This document shows positions 26,697 through 35,881 of a stretch of DNA of 64,000 nucleotides, piece by piece. This DNA is from an uncultured Bacteroidales bacterium (GTDB taxonomy: Bacteria; Bacteroidota; Bacteroidia; Bacteroidales; Paludibacteraceae), in contig CALUOH010000010.1 in assembly GCA_944322025.1 (NCBI GenBank), positions 50,642 through 114,641 of the forward strand, written 5' to 3'. Under the pieces are notes generated by a model. That model ran no database searches and was not told the DNA's origin. It saw only the letters and a list, made by a program, of their open reading frames with translations. The translations under genes were made by a program, and so were the position numbers. The stretch's first letter is position 1. Each line of letters starts with the position of its first letter.

Positions 26697-27260
26697 ATGA
26701 AGTATTTGATTGTCGGGCTGGGCAATATCGGGACAGAGTATGCCCACACCCGCCACAATATCGGATTCGACACATTGGACGCTTTCGCAGAGGCGTCCAA
26801 TGTCGTTTTTGAGGATAAGCGTTACGGCGCGGTCGCCACGGCGCGGCTGAGGGGGCATCAGCTTGTCCTGCTCAAGCCGTCAACGTATATGAACCTCAGC
26901 GGCAATGCCGTGCGTTACTGGCTGCAGCAGGAGCATATCCCCGTGGAGCAGCTGCTGGTGGTCGTCGATGACCTCGCTCTGCCGTTCGGAGTGCTGAGGC
27001 TGAAACCGAAAGGCAGCGACGCGGGGCATAACGGGCTGAAAAACATACAGGAACTGCTCGGCACGCAGAACTATGCGCGTCTGCGTTTCGGGATAGGCAA
27101 CGATTTCCCGCGCGGGGGACAGATAGACTATGTGCTGGGGCGTTTCCCGGCGGAGCAGGAGGCCGAGAAGAAGGCCCGCATCGAGGTGGCGTGCGAGATG
27201 ATACGCAGTTTCTGCCTCGCGGGCGTGCAGGTGACCATGAACCAATATAACAACAAGTAG
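26697..27260 (+). CDS. pth: Peptidyl-tRNA hydrolase
   Basis: The motifs [21 protein letters not shown] and DD..LPFG..RLK..GS.GHNGL are present. Confidence 0.9.
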   Translation: MKYLIVGLGNIGTEYAHTRHNIGFDTLDAFAEASNVVFEDKRYGAVATARLRGHQLVLLKPSTYMNLSGNAVRYWLQQEHIPVEQLLVVVDDLALPFGVLRLKPKGSDAGHNGLKNIQELLGTQNYARLRFGIGNDFPRGGQIDYVLGRFPAEQEAEKKARIEVACEMIRSFCLAGVQVTMNQYNNK

Positions 27261-27270
27261 GCGGCACAAT

Positions 27271-27708
27271 ATGGCTGATGAGGAGAGGATAGACAAGTGG
27301 CTGTGGACGGTACGTCTGTTCAAGACGCGGAGCAAGGCCGCAGAGGCGTGCAAGAAAGGGCGCGTGATGAAGCAGGGGGCGGCGGTCAAGCCGTCGGCCA
27401 CAGTGCGCCGTGGCGACATTGTGCAGGTGAAGAACCCTCCCGTGACCTATTCGTTCAAGGTGCTGGACATAGCGGCAAGCCGCATGGGGGCGAAGCTCGT
27501 TCCGCAGTATATGGCTCATGTCACGCCTCCTGACCAGTTGCAGCTGATTGAGATGATACGCCTTGACCAGAAAAACGCCCGCGCCAAAGGCACGGGGCGG
27601 CCGACCAAGAAGGAGAGACGCGACCTCGAGAGCTTCGTGGACGACACGCCCTATTTCATAGGCGGCGAGGAGTTCGACGGCTTTTTCGATGACGATGATG
27701 AGGATTGA
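27271..27708 (+). CDS. hslR: S4-domain RNA-binding protein (Hsp15-like)
   Basis: Has an S4 fold start (RIDKWLWTVRLFKTRSKAAEACKKGRV) and an acidic tail. Confidence 0.7.
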   Translation: MADEERIDKWLWTVRLFKTRSKAAEACKKGRVMKQGAAVKPSATVRRGDIVQVKNPPVTYSFKVLDIAASRMGAKLVPQYMAHVTPPDQLQLIEMIRLDQKNARAKGTGRPTKKERRDLESFVDDTPYFIGGEEFDGFFDDDDED

Positions 27709-27756
27709 CTTTTCAAAAAGGATAACATTCCCGTGACAGGGTAAAAACATTATGCT

Positions 27757-28074
27757 ATGGAAAACAAGCAGACTAACCAGATTAAAATCGAGCTTACGCC
27801 CGAAGTGGCGGAGGGGACATACTCGAACCTTGCAATCATATCGCACTCTTCGAGCGAGTTTGTCATAGACTTTGTGCGCATCATGCCGGGTGCGCCGAAG
27901 GCGAATGTCAAGTCGCGTGTGATACTTACGCCGGAGCATGCCAAGAGGCTGCTTTTCGCGTTGGAGGAGAACGTGGCGAAGTACGAGGCGCAGTGCGGCA
28001 AAATCAAGACTGACAACAATGTGAACAGCGGCGGGACATTCATTCCCCCGATGTTCGGCGGCGGCGAGGCGTGA
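27757..28074 (+). CDS. DUF3467 domain-containing protein
   Basis: The pattern IELTPEVAEGTYSNLAIISHSSSEFVIDFV...LTPEHAKRLL matches the DUF3467 pattern (from memory). Confidence 0.65.
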   Translation: MENKQTNQIKIELTPEVAEGTYSNLAIISHSSSEFVIDFVRIMPGAPKANVKSRVILTPEHAKRLLFALEENVAKYEAQCGKIKTDNNVNSGGTFIPPMFGGGEA

Positions 28075-28100
28075 CCTGCGCTGCCGGGGGCTTGGGCAGG

Positions 28101-29438
28101 ATGGAGATACTTCGTGAGATAGGGCAGTGCGGCGAATTGCCGCGCGGGGGGAGGATACTTGTCGGCGTGAGCGGCGGGGTGGACTCCGTCGTGCTGCTCC
28201 ATGCGCTGTGCCGTGGCGGATACAGTTGTGTGGCGGCGCACTGTAATTTCCATCTGCGCGGCGAGGCTGCCGACGGCGACGCGCTCCATGTGGAGCGTTT
28301 TGCCGCGACGCTGGGGTGCGCCTTTGTGCGGGCCGATTTCGACACGGCGGGGTATGCGGTGCAACATTCGCTCTCCATAGAGATGGCGGCGCGTGAGCTG
28401 CGCTACCGCTGGTTCGAGGAGCAGCGTGCGGCACAGGGGTGCGAGGTCATTGCCGTGGCGCACAATGCGGATGACTCAGTGGAGACCTTCTTTCTCAACG
28501 TGATACGCGGCACGGGCATACGCGGCATCTGCGGCATGGCGGTGCGTAACGGTAATGTGGTGCGCCCGTTGCTCAGAGTGCCGCGCCGGGAGATTGAGCG
28601 TTATGCGCGGGAGAACGGGCTCCTGTGGCGCGAGGATGCCACGAACGCCGAGACCGTTTACCGCCGTAACAAGATACGTCACCGGATAGTTCCCCTGTTG
28701 CAGGAGATTAACCCTTCGTTCTTGCAGACCATGCTGGCTAATATGGAGCATTGGCGCGATGCGGCCGAGGTGTTCTACTCCCATGCCGGGGAGGCGCGGC
28801 GCAGGTGTGTGCGTGAGCGGGCGGACGGCGTGACGGAGATAGATATAGCGAAACTCAAAGCGGAGGCGGGCTACCGTTCGCTGCTCTTCGAGTGGATGTA
28901 CGCCTGCGGTTTCGCGCCTGACGTGATACGCTCCGCGCTCGATGCGCTTGACGGCATACCGGGCAAGCGGTTTTTCTCGCCCACGCATGTGCTGCTCAAA
29001 GACCGTGGTACTCTGCTGCTTATGCCGAGGAATGGGGGCGGTGAATGCGGCTTTCCTGCCGAGATAGGGGAGGGTACGGAGCGGATAGAGAGCCCGCTGC
29101 GCATGGTGCTGAGGGTTGTGCCGCGCGATGAGGGCTATGCTGTGCCGCGCCGTGCAGACCGTGCGGCTTTCGATGCAGACCTTGTGGCGTTTCCGCTGAC
29201 ACTGCGCCGTCCTCAGGATGGTGACAGGTTCGTCCCGTTCGGCATGAGGGGGAGCAAGAAGCTGAGCGACTTTTTTACGGACAGGAAGCTGAGCCTGTTC
29301 GAGAAAGAGCGTGCCGCAGTGCTTGTATCGGCGTGCGGTGAGGTGATGTGGGTTGTCGGCATGCGCACGGACAACCGCTTTGCCGTCACGGGAAAGACCC
29401 GCCGTGTGCTTGAAATTGACCTGTTGACGGACGAGTGA
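28101..29438 (+). CDS. tilS: tRNA(Ile)-lysidine synthetase
   Basis: I preferred the ATG at 28101 to the GTG at 28071. The PP-loop VGVSGGVDSVVLLH is present, and the C-terminal substrate-binding region has the FPLTLRRPQDGDRF motif. Confidence 0.85.
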   Translation: MEILREIGQCGELPRGGRILVGVSGGVDSVVLLHALCRGGYSCVAAHCNFHLRGEAADGDALHVERFAATLGCAFVRADFDTAGYAVQHSLSIEMAARELRYRWFEEQRAAQGCEVIAVAHNADDSVETFFLNVIRGTGIRGICGMAVRNGNVVRPLLRVPRREIERYARENGLLWREDATNAETVYRRNKIRHRIVPLLQEINPSFLQTMLANMEHWRDAAEVFYSHAGEARRRCVRERADGVTEIDIAKLKAEAGYRSLLFEWMYACGFAPDVIRSALDALDGIPGKRFFSPTHVLLKDRGTLLLMPRNGGGECGFPAEIGEGTERIESPLRMVLRVVPRDEGYAVPRRADRAAFDADLVAFPLTLRRPQDGDRFVPFGMRGSKKLSDFFTDRKLSLFEKERAAVLVSACGEVMWVVGMRTDNRFAVTGKTRRVLEIDLLTDE

Positions 29439-29450
29439 CAGACTGTTCTT

Positions 29451-29963
29451 ATGTCTCTTCTTACTACATTGAAAACTAATACGTTCACAGTCTCTGTGGA
29501 GCGGAATGCTCCGGCTGTGCGCAGCTATGCGGCACGCCTTGACGGCGGGGTGCTGCATATACTTGTGCCTGAGCATATAGCGTTGGATGACAAGTATTTC
29601 CAACAGAATGTGCTGCCGGAGATGATAAAGCACTTTCTGAAAACGGAGGCCAAGAGGGTGCTGCCCGGGAGGCTCCGCGCCCTGTCGGAGCGGTGCGGTC
29701 TGCCGTTCAACCGCGTAACGGTCAAGGAGATGCGCTCACGCTGGGGCAGCTGTTCGAGCCGCAGGGACATAGCGTTGAGCATATATCTGATGCTGATGCC
29801 CGATGAGCTGATTGACGCTGTGCTGGTGCATGAGCTGTGCCATCTGCGGGAGATGAACCACGGCGCGGGCTTTAAGGCACTGCTGAGGGGCTATGTGCCG
29901 GACATAGCCGAGAAGAACCGCCGGATAAAGGGCTACGCCACGCTGATAAGGCTGCTTGGATAG
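29451..29963 (+). CDS. YgjP/DUF45-type (M48-like) zinc metallopeptidase
   Basis: Has the HExxH site (VLVHELCHLREMNHG) with the upstream RWGSCS motif typical of the YgjP family. Confidence 0.75.
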   Translation: MSLLTTLKTNTFTVSVERNAPAVRSYAARLDGGVLHILVPEHIALDDKYFQQNVLPEMIKHFLKTEAKRVLPGRLRALSERCGLPFNRVTVKEMRSRWGSCSSRRDIALSIYLMLMPDELIDAVLVHELCHLREMNHGAGFKALLRGYVPDIAEKNRRIKGYATLIRLLG

Positions 29964-29971
29964 ATTGAAAA

Positions 29972-30008
29972 ACAAAGGCCATACGGAGCAAGGACGTATG
30001 GCCTTTGT
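29972..30008. terminator. Bidirectional terminator between convergent genes
   Basis: 14-bp perfect stem, ACAAAGGCCATACG and CGTATGGCCTTTGT. It is flanked by an A-run upstream and a T-run downstream. Confidence 0.75.
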
Positions 30009-30015
30009 TTTGGGT

Positions 30016-31356
30016 TTAGAAGATGTTTCCGTAGGCGTATCCCGAAACGGTGGCCATGATTATGACGAGAGCGACGTAGACAACCGTCTTTTTAGTTCCC
30101 AATACTCCTCTGATGACGAGCATGTTGGGCAACGAGAGCGACGGGCCGGCGAGCAGCAGTGCCAGCGCAGGGCCTTTGCCCATGCCCGATGCGAGCAGAC
30201 CTTGTACAATGGGTACTTCGGTCAGTGTGGCGAAGTACATGAACGCCCCTACGAAACTGGCGAAGAAGTTGGCCAGCAGTGAGTTGCCTCCCACTGCCCA
30301 TTCTATCCATCTGTTAGGGACGATGCCGGCAATGGAGGTGCCGTCGTGTGTCGAGCCTAACAGGAATCCAGCAATCAGAACCCCGACAGCCAACAACGGC
30401 AGTATCTGCTTGGCGAATCCCCACGATGCCAGTGCCCATTCGCGGTTTTCGGCATTACGCCTGTCGAGGAGCAGGATGACGGAGAGCGCCGTGACGGCGA
30501 CGACCATCGGGACGAGGGGTACGAGTTTAGCGTCATCTATGAACAGGTTGGCGAGAAGGGAGGAAACGGCTGTCGCACCAACGCCGAGCGATACATGTAC
30601 GGGGCTGAGCCCCAGTATACTGACGAGTGACCAGCACAGGAGCAGAGCCAGTGCCGCAGTGATGTACCATTTATAGGTGAATATGCCGAGCCACAGCCCT
30701 CCGTCAGATGAGGCGGGTGCGCCCCAGTTGGCAAACACGAGTATCAGTACCAGCGTGAAAAAGTGGACTGCCGTCTGCCACACAGGGCGTCGCTCCGGCT
30801 GGGCTGCTATGTTCATCTGCGCTTCCTTTTTCGCTTTCTCCTCTTTACGGAAGATGAATGACATGGCGAGCCCTATTATCACAGAGAAGCCGATAGCCCC
30901 GACAACCCGTGCAACGCCCATCTCGAGACCCAAGATGTGGGCTGTCAGGATGATTGACAGGATGCTTATGGCAGGGCCGGAGTAGAGGAACGCGATGGCA
31001 GGCCCAAGTCCCGCCCCACGTCTGTAGATGCTTGTGAAGAGGGGCAGGATGGTGCATGAGCAGACGGCAAGTATGCCACCCGACAGTGCCGCCACCGTGT
31101 AGGAGAGCCATTTTTTAGCATTCGCGCCGAAGTACCGGATGACTGCCCCCTGACTGACGAACACGGCTATCGTCCCCGCGATGAAGAATGCCGGCAGCAG
31201 GCACAGTATGACATGTTCGCGAGCATACCACCGTGCGAGGTCGAGCGTGGCCTCTACTGCCGTGGTGAACCGTGCATTTTCGAGCGGCATGAAGAAGACG
31301 GCAACGAAAATGACGACAATCCATGTGAGTGTTTTGAGTTCTTTCCTTGTTTCCAT
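30016..31356 (-). CDS. Predicted permease (DUF318/ArsP-like family)
   Basis: 446-aa polytopic protein containing LAVCSCTILPLF (the vicinal Cys motif seen in this permease family). It is the last gene of the ArsR-headed operon. Confidence 0.7.
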   Translation of the reverse strand: METRKELKTLTWIVVIFVAVFFMPLENARFTTAVEATLDLARWYAREHVILCLLPAFFIAGTIAVFVSQGAVIRYFGANAKKWLSYTVAALSGGILAVCSCTILPLFTSIYRRGAGLGPAIAFLYSGPAISILSIILTAHILGLEMGVARVVGAIGFSVIIGLAMSFIFRKEEKAKKEAQMNIAAQPERRPVWQTAVHFFTLVLILVFANWGAPASSDGGLWLGIFTYKWYITAALALLLCWSLVSILGLSPVHVSLGVGATAVSSLLANLFIDDAKLVPLVPMVVAVTALSVILLLDRRNAENREWALASWGFAKQILPLLAVGVLIAGFLLGSTHDGTSIAGIVPNRWIEWAVGGNSLLANFFASFVGAFMYFATLTEVPIVQGLLASGMGKGPALALLLAGPSLSLPNMLVIRGVLGTKKTVVYVALVIIMATVSGYAYGNIF

Positions 31357-31367
31357 GGCTGACAGAT

Positions 31368-31601
31368 TTAGAGGCCGAGTATCTTTCTCACTTCACTTTC
31401 CGAAGGCACGTAACCCTTGATTTTCACCACACCGTCGACTACAACGGCGGGAGTGGACATGATGTTGTAACTCAGCATCTCCACTATGTCCTCTACCTTG
31501 ACGAGAGTGGCATCGAGGCCATTCTCTTTCACTACCTTCTCAATGACGGCGTATGCCGCTTTGCACTTGGCGCATCCTGCACCCAAAACTTTTATTTCCA
31601 T
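31368..31601 (-). CDS. Small thioredoxin-fold protein (redox-active disulfide protein 2-like)
   Basis: ATG at 31601 (MEIKVLGAGCAKCKAAY...) gives a CxxC site in an ~78-aa glutaredoxin-like fold. Confidence 0.7.
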   Translation of the reverse strand: MEIKVLGAGCAKCKAAYAVIEKVVKENGLDATLVKVEDIVEMLSYNIMSTPAVVVDGVVKIKGYVPSESEVRKILGL

Positions 31602-31662
31602 AATGATTGACGTTAGATTTAGAAGTGTTGTTTGTTGTATTACGAACAATGAGTGTGAAAAA

Positions 31663-32370
31663 TCACAGGTACATGACCGTGAAATAGTATATCCCGACGG
31701 CGATGAACAGCAGCGCGACTATGATATTGAGCCATCTCTGCACTGTCTGCATACGTCCGTAGAAAGAGCCTATGTGCTTGATGCTGAAAGCCAGTATCCA
31801 TGCCACAATCAGTACGGGCAGCGCGGTGGCGACAGCGAAAAGCGCGGGCAGCAGGTATCCGCCTGACGTAGAGGCCGACATGGGTATCAGCATTCCGAAA
31901 TAGAGTATCCCGCTGGTGGGGCAGAAGGCCATGGCGAAGAGCACTCCGAGCAGGAGCGCGCCCCAGTTGCCGCGCCGCGCCAGTCTTTCGCCGTTGCCCC
32001 TGAACCCTATCTGCGGCAGTCTGAGCCTGTCGCCGAACAGCATGAAGAGCCCTATCAGCAACAGAGCGGGCGCGAGGAACATCTTGCCGTAGCGGCTGAC
32101 GGCTTTCTGTATGCCGAAGAGGCTCGAGCCCTCTCTTAGGAGCATAATCAGCACGCAGCCCAGAAGGGTGTAGGCGAGTGTGCGCCCCAGTGTGTAGAGC
32201 ACGCCTTTCATAAAGATGGTGCTGCGGCTCTCAACATCCTTGCCTATAAAGCCTATGGCGGCTATGTTGGTGGCAAGTGGGCAGGGCGAGACGGCAGTAA
32301 GCAGCCCCAGCAGGAATGCCGTTAGCGCGGGGATTGTGCTGCTCTCCAACAGCGATTGTAACCACTCCAT
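31663..32370 (-). CDS. CcdA/DsbD-like thiol-disulfide transfer membrane protein
   Basis: ATG at 32370 (MEWLQSLL...). TM1 carries the SPCPL Cys motif typical of the cytochrome c biogenesis CcdA family. Confidence 0.7.
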   Translation of the reverse strand: MEWLQSLLESSTIPALTAFLLGLLTAVSPCPLATNIAAIGFIGKDVESRSTIFMKGVLYTLGRTLAYTLLGCVLIMLLREGSSLFGIQKAVSRYGKMFLAPALLLIGLFMLFGDRLRLPQIGFRGNGERLARRGNWGALLLGVLFAMAFCPTSGILYFGMLIPMSASTSGGYLLPALFAVATALPVLIVAWILAFSIKHIGSFYGRMQTVQRWLNIIVALLFIAVGIYYFTVMYL

Positions 32371-32377
32371 GTCTTTG

Positions 32378-32836
32378 TCATTTAAGCAATGTTCCGATTT
32401 TACGCGCCAGTTCCTCCTTGAATGTATCGGGGGCGGTGCGGGCATTGGCGAACGCGAATTCTGTCAGGTTTTCAGAGTGCTCCGTGCCGCCGTCATGGGA
32501 TACGAGGAAGAGCGCGGACCATGTAACCCCGTACTTCTCCGCGATGCCGCTGTTCTCGTCGGCGGAGATGTCTATCGTCCGGAATAGCACGCTGCCGTCC
32601 TTCATCTGTTCCGCAAAGCGGCTCTCCACGGTCTCTTTGGCGTTTTTCTCTATCGCCAAGCAGGTTGGGCAGCGTTGCTTGCCGTGGAAGTAGAGTACTT
32701 CCACGCGGTCGTTTTTCATTACGCCGGTTGTCTGCCGGGGGGCAGGAGTTTCGGCGGTGTCACTGTTCTGTCCGGCATTGCCGCCGCACGCGGCGAGGCA
32801 TAAGGCCAATGCCAAAGTCAAGATTGCCTTGTTCAT
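32378..32836 (-). CDS. Thioredoxin-like lipoprotein
   Basis: ATG at 32836 gives a lipobox (LALCLAACGG). The CPTC motif (HGKQRCPTCLAIE) is present. Confidence 0.6.
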   Translation of the reverse strand: MNKAILTLALALCLAACGGNAGQNSDTAETPAPRQTTGVMKNDRVEVLYFHGKQRCPTCLAIEKNAKETVESRFAEQMKDGSVLFRTIDISADENSGIAEKYGVTWSALFLVSHDGGTEHSENLTEFAFANARTAPDTFKEELARKIGTLLK

Positions 32837-32876
32837 ACTTTTGGTTGTTAAGATGGTTAATGAATTATGTTTGTAC

Positions 32877-32892
32877 TTCGTAGAATTACGAA
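32877..32892. promoter_or_regulatory. Candidate ArsR operator (TTCGTA-N4-TACGAA)
   Basis: A perfect 6-bp-arm inverted repeat between the arsR-like stop and the next gene. Confidence 0.4.
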
Positions 32893-32970
32893 CTATAAAG
32901 GTACAACAATCCCGCCGATGGTGACTGGTGTACATGTGCGTGAACGCCTGTACGTCACCAGAGACACTGT

Positions 32971-33297
32971 TCACTTACAGCAGCTCTCTTTCTTGCATAC
33001 GCATTGGCCGAAAAACTTCGCGAAGATGGCGGATGCCAATTGCCAATTCTCACGGTTTATGCAGTATTTCACTTTCGGAGCCTCTATCTCGCCCTGTATG
33101 AGGCCTGCATCTTTAAGCTCTTTCAGATGCTGAGAAACCGTGGCCTTGGCGATGGGCAGTTCATCGTGTATGTCGCCGAAAAAGCAACAGTCCTGCCGCG
33201 CCAGAAATTCGAGTATGGCCATGCGTGCCGGATGCCCCATAGCCTTGGCAAAACGGGCTATCCGCTCCTGTTCGTCTGTGTATTTCCTGTTTCCCAT
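32971..33297 (-). CDS. arsR: ArsR/SmtB family metalloregulator
   Basis: Has a winged HTH with [24 protein letters not shown] (vicinal Cys in the alpha-3-like position) and [14 protein letters not shown]. Confidence 0.85.
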   Translation of the reverse strand: MGNRKYTDEQERIARFAKAMGHPARMAILEFLARQDCCFFGDIHDELPIAKATVSQHLKELKDAGLIQGEIEAPKVKYCINRENWQLASAIFAKFFGQCVCKKESCCK

Positions 33298-33315
33298 ACC
33301 CGTCTACTTTTCTTG

Positions 33316-33331
33316 TTCGCAAAATTACGAA
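33316..33331. promoter_or_regulatory. Candidate ArsR operator overlapping the arsR promoter (TTCGCA-N4-TACGAA)
   Basis: One mismatch from the 32877 site. It overlaps the minus-strand TAATTTTG -7 box (reverse complement of 33320-33327), 19 nt upstream of the arsR ATG. Confidence 0.4.
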
Positions 33332-33420
33332 TAGATTGCGGTGTGGCAAGCTAAAAAACAGTAATAAATTCAAATATAGTCTTATGGAGGAGGGCTGATA
33401 TAGAGGCGGAGCATGGGGAG

Positions 33421-33469
33421 GGGCTTGGGAGGAGGTTCGGCGAGAGTACGTGTTTTTAACTCTGGTTAA
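33421..33469 (+). repeat. Dispersed intergenic repeat, copy 5
   Basis: GGGCTTGGGAGGAGGTTCGGC followed by GAGAGTACGTGTTTTTAACTCTGGTTAAG. Confidence 0.85.
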
Positions 33470-33550
33470 GGCTTAGAAGTTGAGTTAAGCGGAGACGAGG
33501 GTGGACTGTGAGCAAGGTGAAGGTGGCATGCATGTAGGGAGATGGTAAGG

Positions 33551-33591
33551 AGGAGATAAGGCGAGAGTACGTGTTTTTAACCTCGATTAAC
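33551..33591 (+). repeat. Dispersed intergenic repeat, copy 6
   Basis: GGAGGAGATAAGGC followed by GAGAGTACGTGTTTTTAACCTCGATTAAC. Confidence 0.85.
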
Positions 33592-33742
33592 ATGGGGTTT
33601 TGCTTGGCGGGAGGCGGGGGGATGGGTATGTCTCGTTGTGCGATATGACGATATGGCCCTCAGTCGCATTGAGGGAAGAGGGGATGCGGCGGGGCAAGGG
33701 TGGGGAGGAAGGTCTGTTGCCACGGCATCCAGTTTCCGAGGA

Positions 33743-34327
33743 CTATTTGCCGACGGTGAAGCTGATGGGGACTGTGGCGGCGGGGAGGGAGAGCTTGCCG
33801 ACAGCGATGTAGGGCTTCATACGGATTTTGACCTCGGAGGGGTGCTTGCCGCGCCCTATGACGTTGAGGGCGAGCTGCTTCAGCGCTTCGGAGGCTTGCG
33901 GGTCGCCAAGGCGGGTGAGGTCGGCAGTGAGCCTGAGAGCCAAGGTCTCGGTGTCGTCCGGGTTTACGGAGAAGGGTTCGCGGCTGCCGCCGGAGGCGCA
34001 CTCTATGCCGTCGACGAGTATGGTGTAGCTTACGCTGTCAATGGCGGCGGTGCGCTTGCCGGCATTGCGGACGTTGAGGTTGATGTTGAACGAGAGGGGG
34101 AGGGCTTCGCCACTGTTGGCGGAAAGAGCCTCGCCGAGCATGGCGGCCTTGAGCAGGTTGATGCCTCCGGAGAGGTCGATGCCCGAGATGTTGAGGTCGG
34201 AGATGGAGTGCAGGCTGTATTCGCACTTAGAGAGCGCGCTTGCGCCGGTGAGCTGCCGCGATATGCCGCAGCCGCTGAATGTGAGCGCGAGGGCGCAGAG
34301 GATGATGACGGTGGTGTATCGTTTCAT
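33743..34327 (-). CDS. LEA type 2 (NDR1/HIN1-like, water-stress) family lipoprotein
   Basis: Has a lipobox (LALTFSGC). The beta-rich body includes NINLNVRNAGKRTAAIDSVSYTILVDG, which resembles the LEA_2 fold (from memory). Confidence 0.6.
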   Translation of the reverse strand: MKRYTTVIILCALALTFSGCGISRQLTGASALSKCEYSLHSISDLNISGIDLSGGINLLKAAMLGEALSANSGEALPLSFNINLNVRNAGKRTAAIDSVSYTILVDGIECASGGSREPFSVNPDDTETLALRLTADLTRLGDPQASEALKQLALNVIGRGKHPSEVKIRMKPYIAVGKLSLPAATVPISFTVGK

Positions 34328-34339
34328 AGTCTAACAGTT

Positions 34340-35053
34340 TTACATTTTCAGATAGAAGTCGCGTGTCAGGGCGATGTATTCGGGGGAGTACGTGCCCGGA
34401 GCAAGCTCTATGGTCAGAGAGAGGGTTTCGGGTTCGGGCGTTTCTCCCCTGCGGAAGGCGAGGAGAGCGCGTTTCGGCCCGGAGGAGGGGGTGGGGTGGA
34501 CGAGCGTGCGCCGCGCGGGATGGAGGCCGTTGGCGCGGGCTACGGGGGTGAAGGTGTCCGCCTCGGCTGTGGGGAGGATGACGGAGAGTGTGCCGTCAGG
34601 CGTGAGCATCCGCGCGGCGGCGGCCGTCAGGTCGGAGAAGGGGAGCGAGTCGTTGTGCCGCGCCGTGGAGCGGCGGCTGTCGGGGGATTTGAGCGCGGCG
34701 GTGAAGTAGGGAGGGTTGCACAGTATGTGGTCATAGGGCGCATCGGGGCGGAAGTGCTGCAACGCCGTGCAGTGGACGCGTACGCGCCCGGAGAAGGGCG
34801 ATGCGGTGACGTTGTCGGCAGCCTGCGCGGCGGCTACGGCGTCTATCTCGATGGCGTCAATCAGGACGTCGGGTATTGCGCGCTGGGCGCACATGAGGGC
34901 AATGACACCTGTGCCTGTGCCTATGTCGAGGATGCGGCGGCAGCCGTCGAGGTACGCCCACGCGCCGAGAAGCACGCCGTCGGTGCCCACCTTCATGGCG
35001 CAGCGTTCCTGACGGACGGTGAACTGTTTGAATGTGAATGTGCTGCGGCTCAT
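34340..35053 (-). CDS. tRNA1(Val) (adenine37-N6)-methyltransferase (TrmN6/YfiC-like)
   Basis: Has the SAM motif ILDIGTGTGVIALM and the NPPYF catalytic motif. The start FKQFTVRQERCAMKVGTDGVLLGAW is typical of the family. Confidence 0.8.
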   Translation of the reverse strand: MSRSTFTFKQFTVRQERCAMKVGTDGVLLGAWAYLDGCRRILDIGTGTGVIALMCAQRAIPDVLIDAIEIDAVAAAQAADNVTASPFSGRVRVHCTALQHFRPDAPYDHILCNPPYFTAALKSPDSRRSTARHNDSLPFSDLTAAAARMLTPDGTLSVILPTAEADTFTPVARANGLHPARRTLVHPTPSSGPKRALLAFRRGETPEPETLSLTIELAPGTYSPEYIALTRDFYLKM

Positions 35054-35481
35054 CTCTTCTTAGCAAAGAACTCTTTCATCAGGGCGGCGCACTCATCGGC
35101 GAGGATGCCTCCGGTGACCTCCGTCTTGGGGTGCAGTGCTTCGGGCGCGAGGCGGGAGTAGCCGCGCTTGGGGTCGGGCGCACCGTAGACCACGCGGCTG
35201 ACCTGCGCCCATCCGAGCGCGCCGGCGCACATGGCGCATGGTTCGAGGGTCACGTAGAGCGTGCAGTCGGTGAGGTACTTGCCGCCCAAGGCGTTGGCGG
35301 CGGCGGTTATGGCCTGCATCTCGGCGTGGGCTGTCACGTCGTTGAGCGTCTCGGTGAGGTTGTGCGCCCGCGCAATGATGCGGTCGCGCCACGCGACGAC
35401 AGCCCCCACGGGTATCTCTCCCTCGTCGGCGGCCATGCGTGCCTCGGCGAACGCAAGTTTCATGAAATAAGTGTCGTCCAT
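35050..35481 (-). CDS. tadA: tRNA-specific adenosine deaminase
   Basis: ATG at 35481 (MDDTYFMKLAF...). The deaminase motifs HAEMQAI and TLEPCAMCAGA are present. It overlaps the downstream gene by 4 nt. Confidence 0.85.
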   Translation of the reverse strand: MDDTYFMKLAFAEARMAADEGEIPVGAVVAWRDRIIARAHNLTETLNDVTAHAEMQAITAAANALGGKYLTDCTLYVTLEPCAMCAGALGWAQVSRVVYGAPDPKRGYSRLAPEALHPKTEVTGGILADECAALMKEFFAKKR

Positions 35482-35743
35482 AGGCTGTGCCTGCTTGTGT
35501 TGTTTCTTTGTGTTGTCAAGGGTGCCGTGCGGGGCGTGCGGAGGGGTGATGGGGGCTTTGCCGTGCATCAGTCCGCACCCGCCTCTTTCGGGCAGCGCAA
35601 AGGTAGCGAAAGTTGGGCGCAGAGACAAGAGGGGAGTGCATTTAATGGATGTGGTGGCCTGTACGTGGGGGCTGATGTGTCTTTACGGAGTGCCTGCCGG
35701 ACGGGCGGGGAGGGGCTGGGGAGGGTGTCCATAGGGGCTTCGG

Positions 35744-35783
35744 ACCCGCTTCGGCGAGAGTACGACTTTTTAACTCTGTTTAG
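35744..35783 (+). repeat. Dispersed intergenic repeat, copy 7
   Basis: GGGGCTTCGGACCCGCTTCGGC followed by GAGAGTACGACTTTTTAACTCTGTTTAGC. Confidence 0.8.
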
Positions 35784-35822
35784 CACTTGGGCGGCTGAGG
35801 GGTGGTTTGGAGGTGGGGAGAT

Positions 35823-35881
35823 GCTTCGGAGGGGCTTCGGAGGGGCTTCGGCGAGAGTACGTGTTTTTAACCTCGTTTAAC
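35823..35881 (+). repeat. Dispersed intergenic repeat, copy 8 (three phased GCTTCGG modules)
   Basis: GCTTCGGAGGGGCTTCGGAGGGGCTTCGGC followed by GAGAGTACGTGTTTTTAACCTCGTTTAAC. Confidence 0.85.

Noticed and set aside
26896-28434. Very long ORFs antisense to real genes: 26896-28434 (512 aa), 33638-35161 (507 aa), 38261-39871 (536 aa), 50854-52656 (600 aa), 40233-41423, 41936-43078, 17067-18353 and 19961-20785
   Set aside because: Each lies opposite a gene with clear family motifs. Their translations are Arg/His/Pro/Gly-rich, low-complexity strings typical of stop-poor antisense frames in GC-rich coding DNA. None has recognisable motifs or sensible starts.
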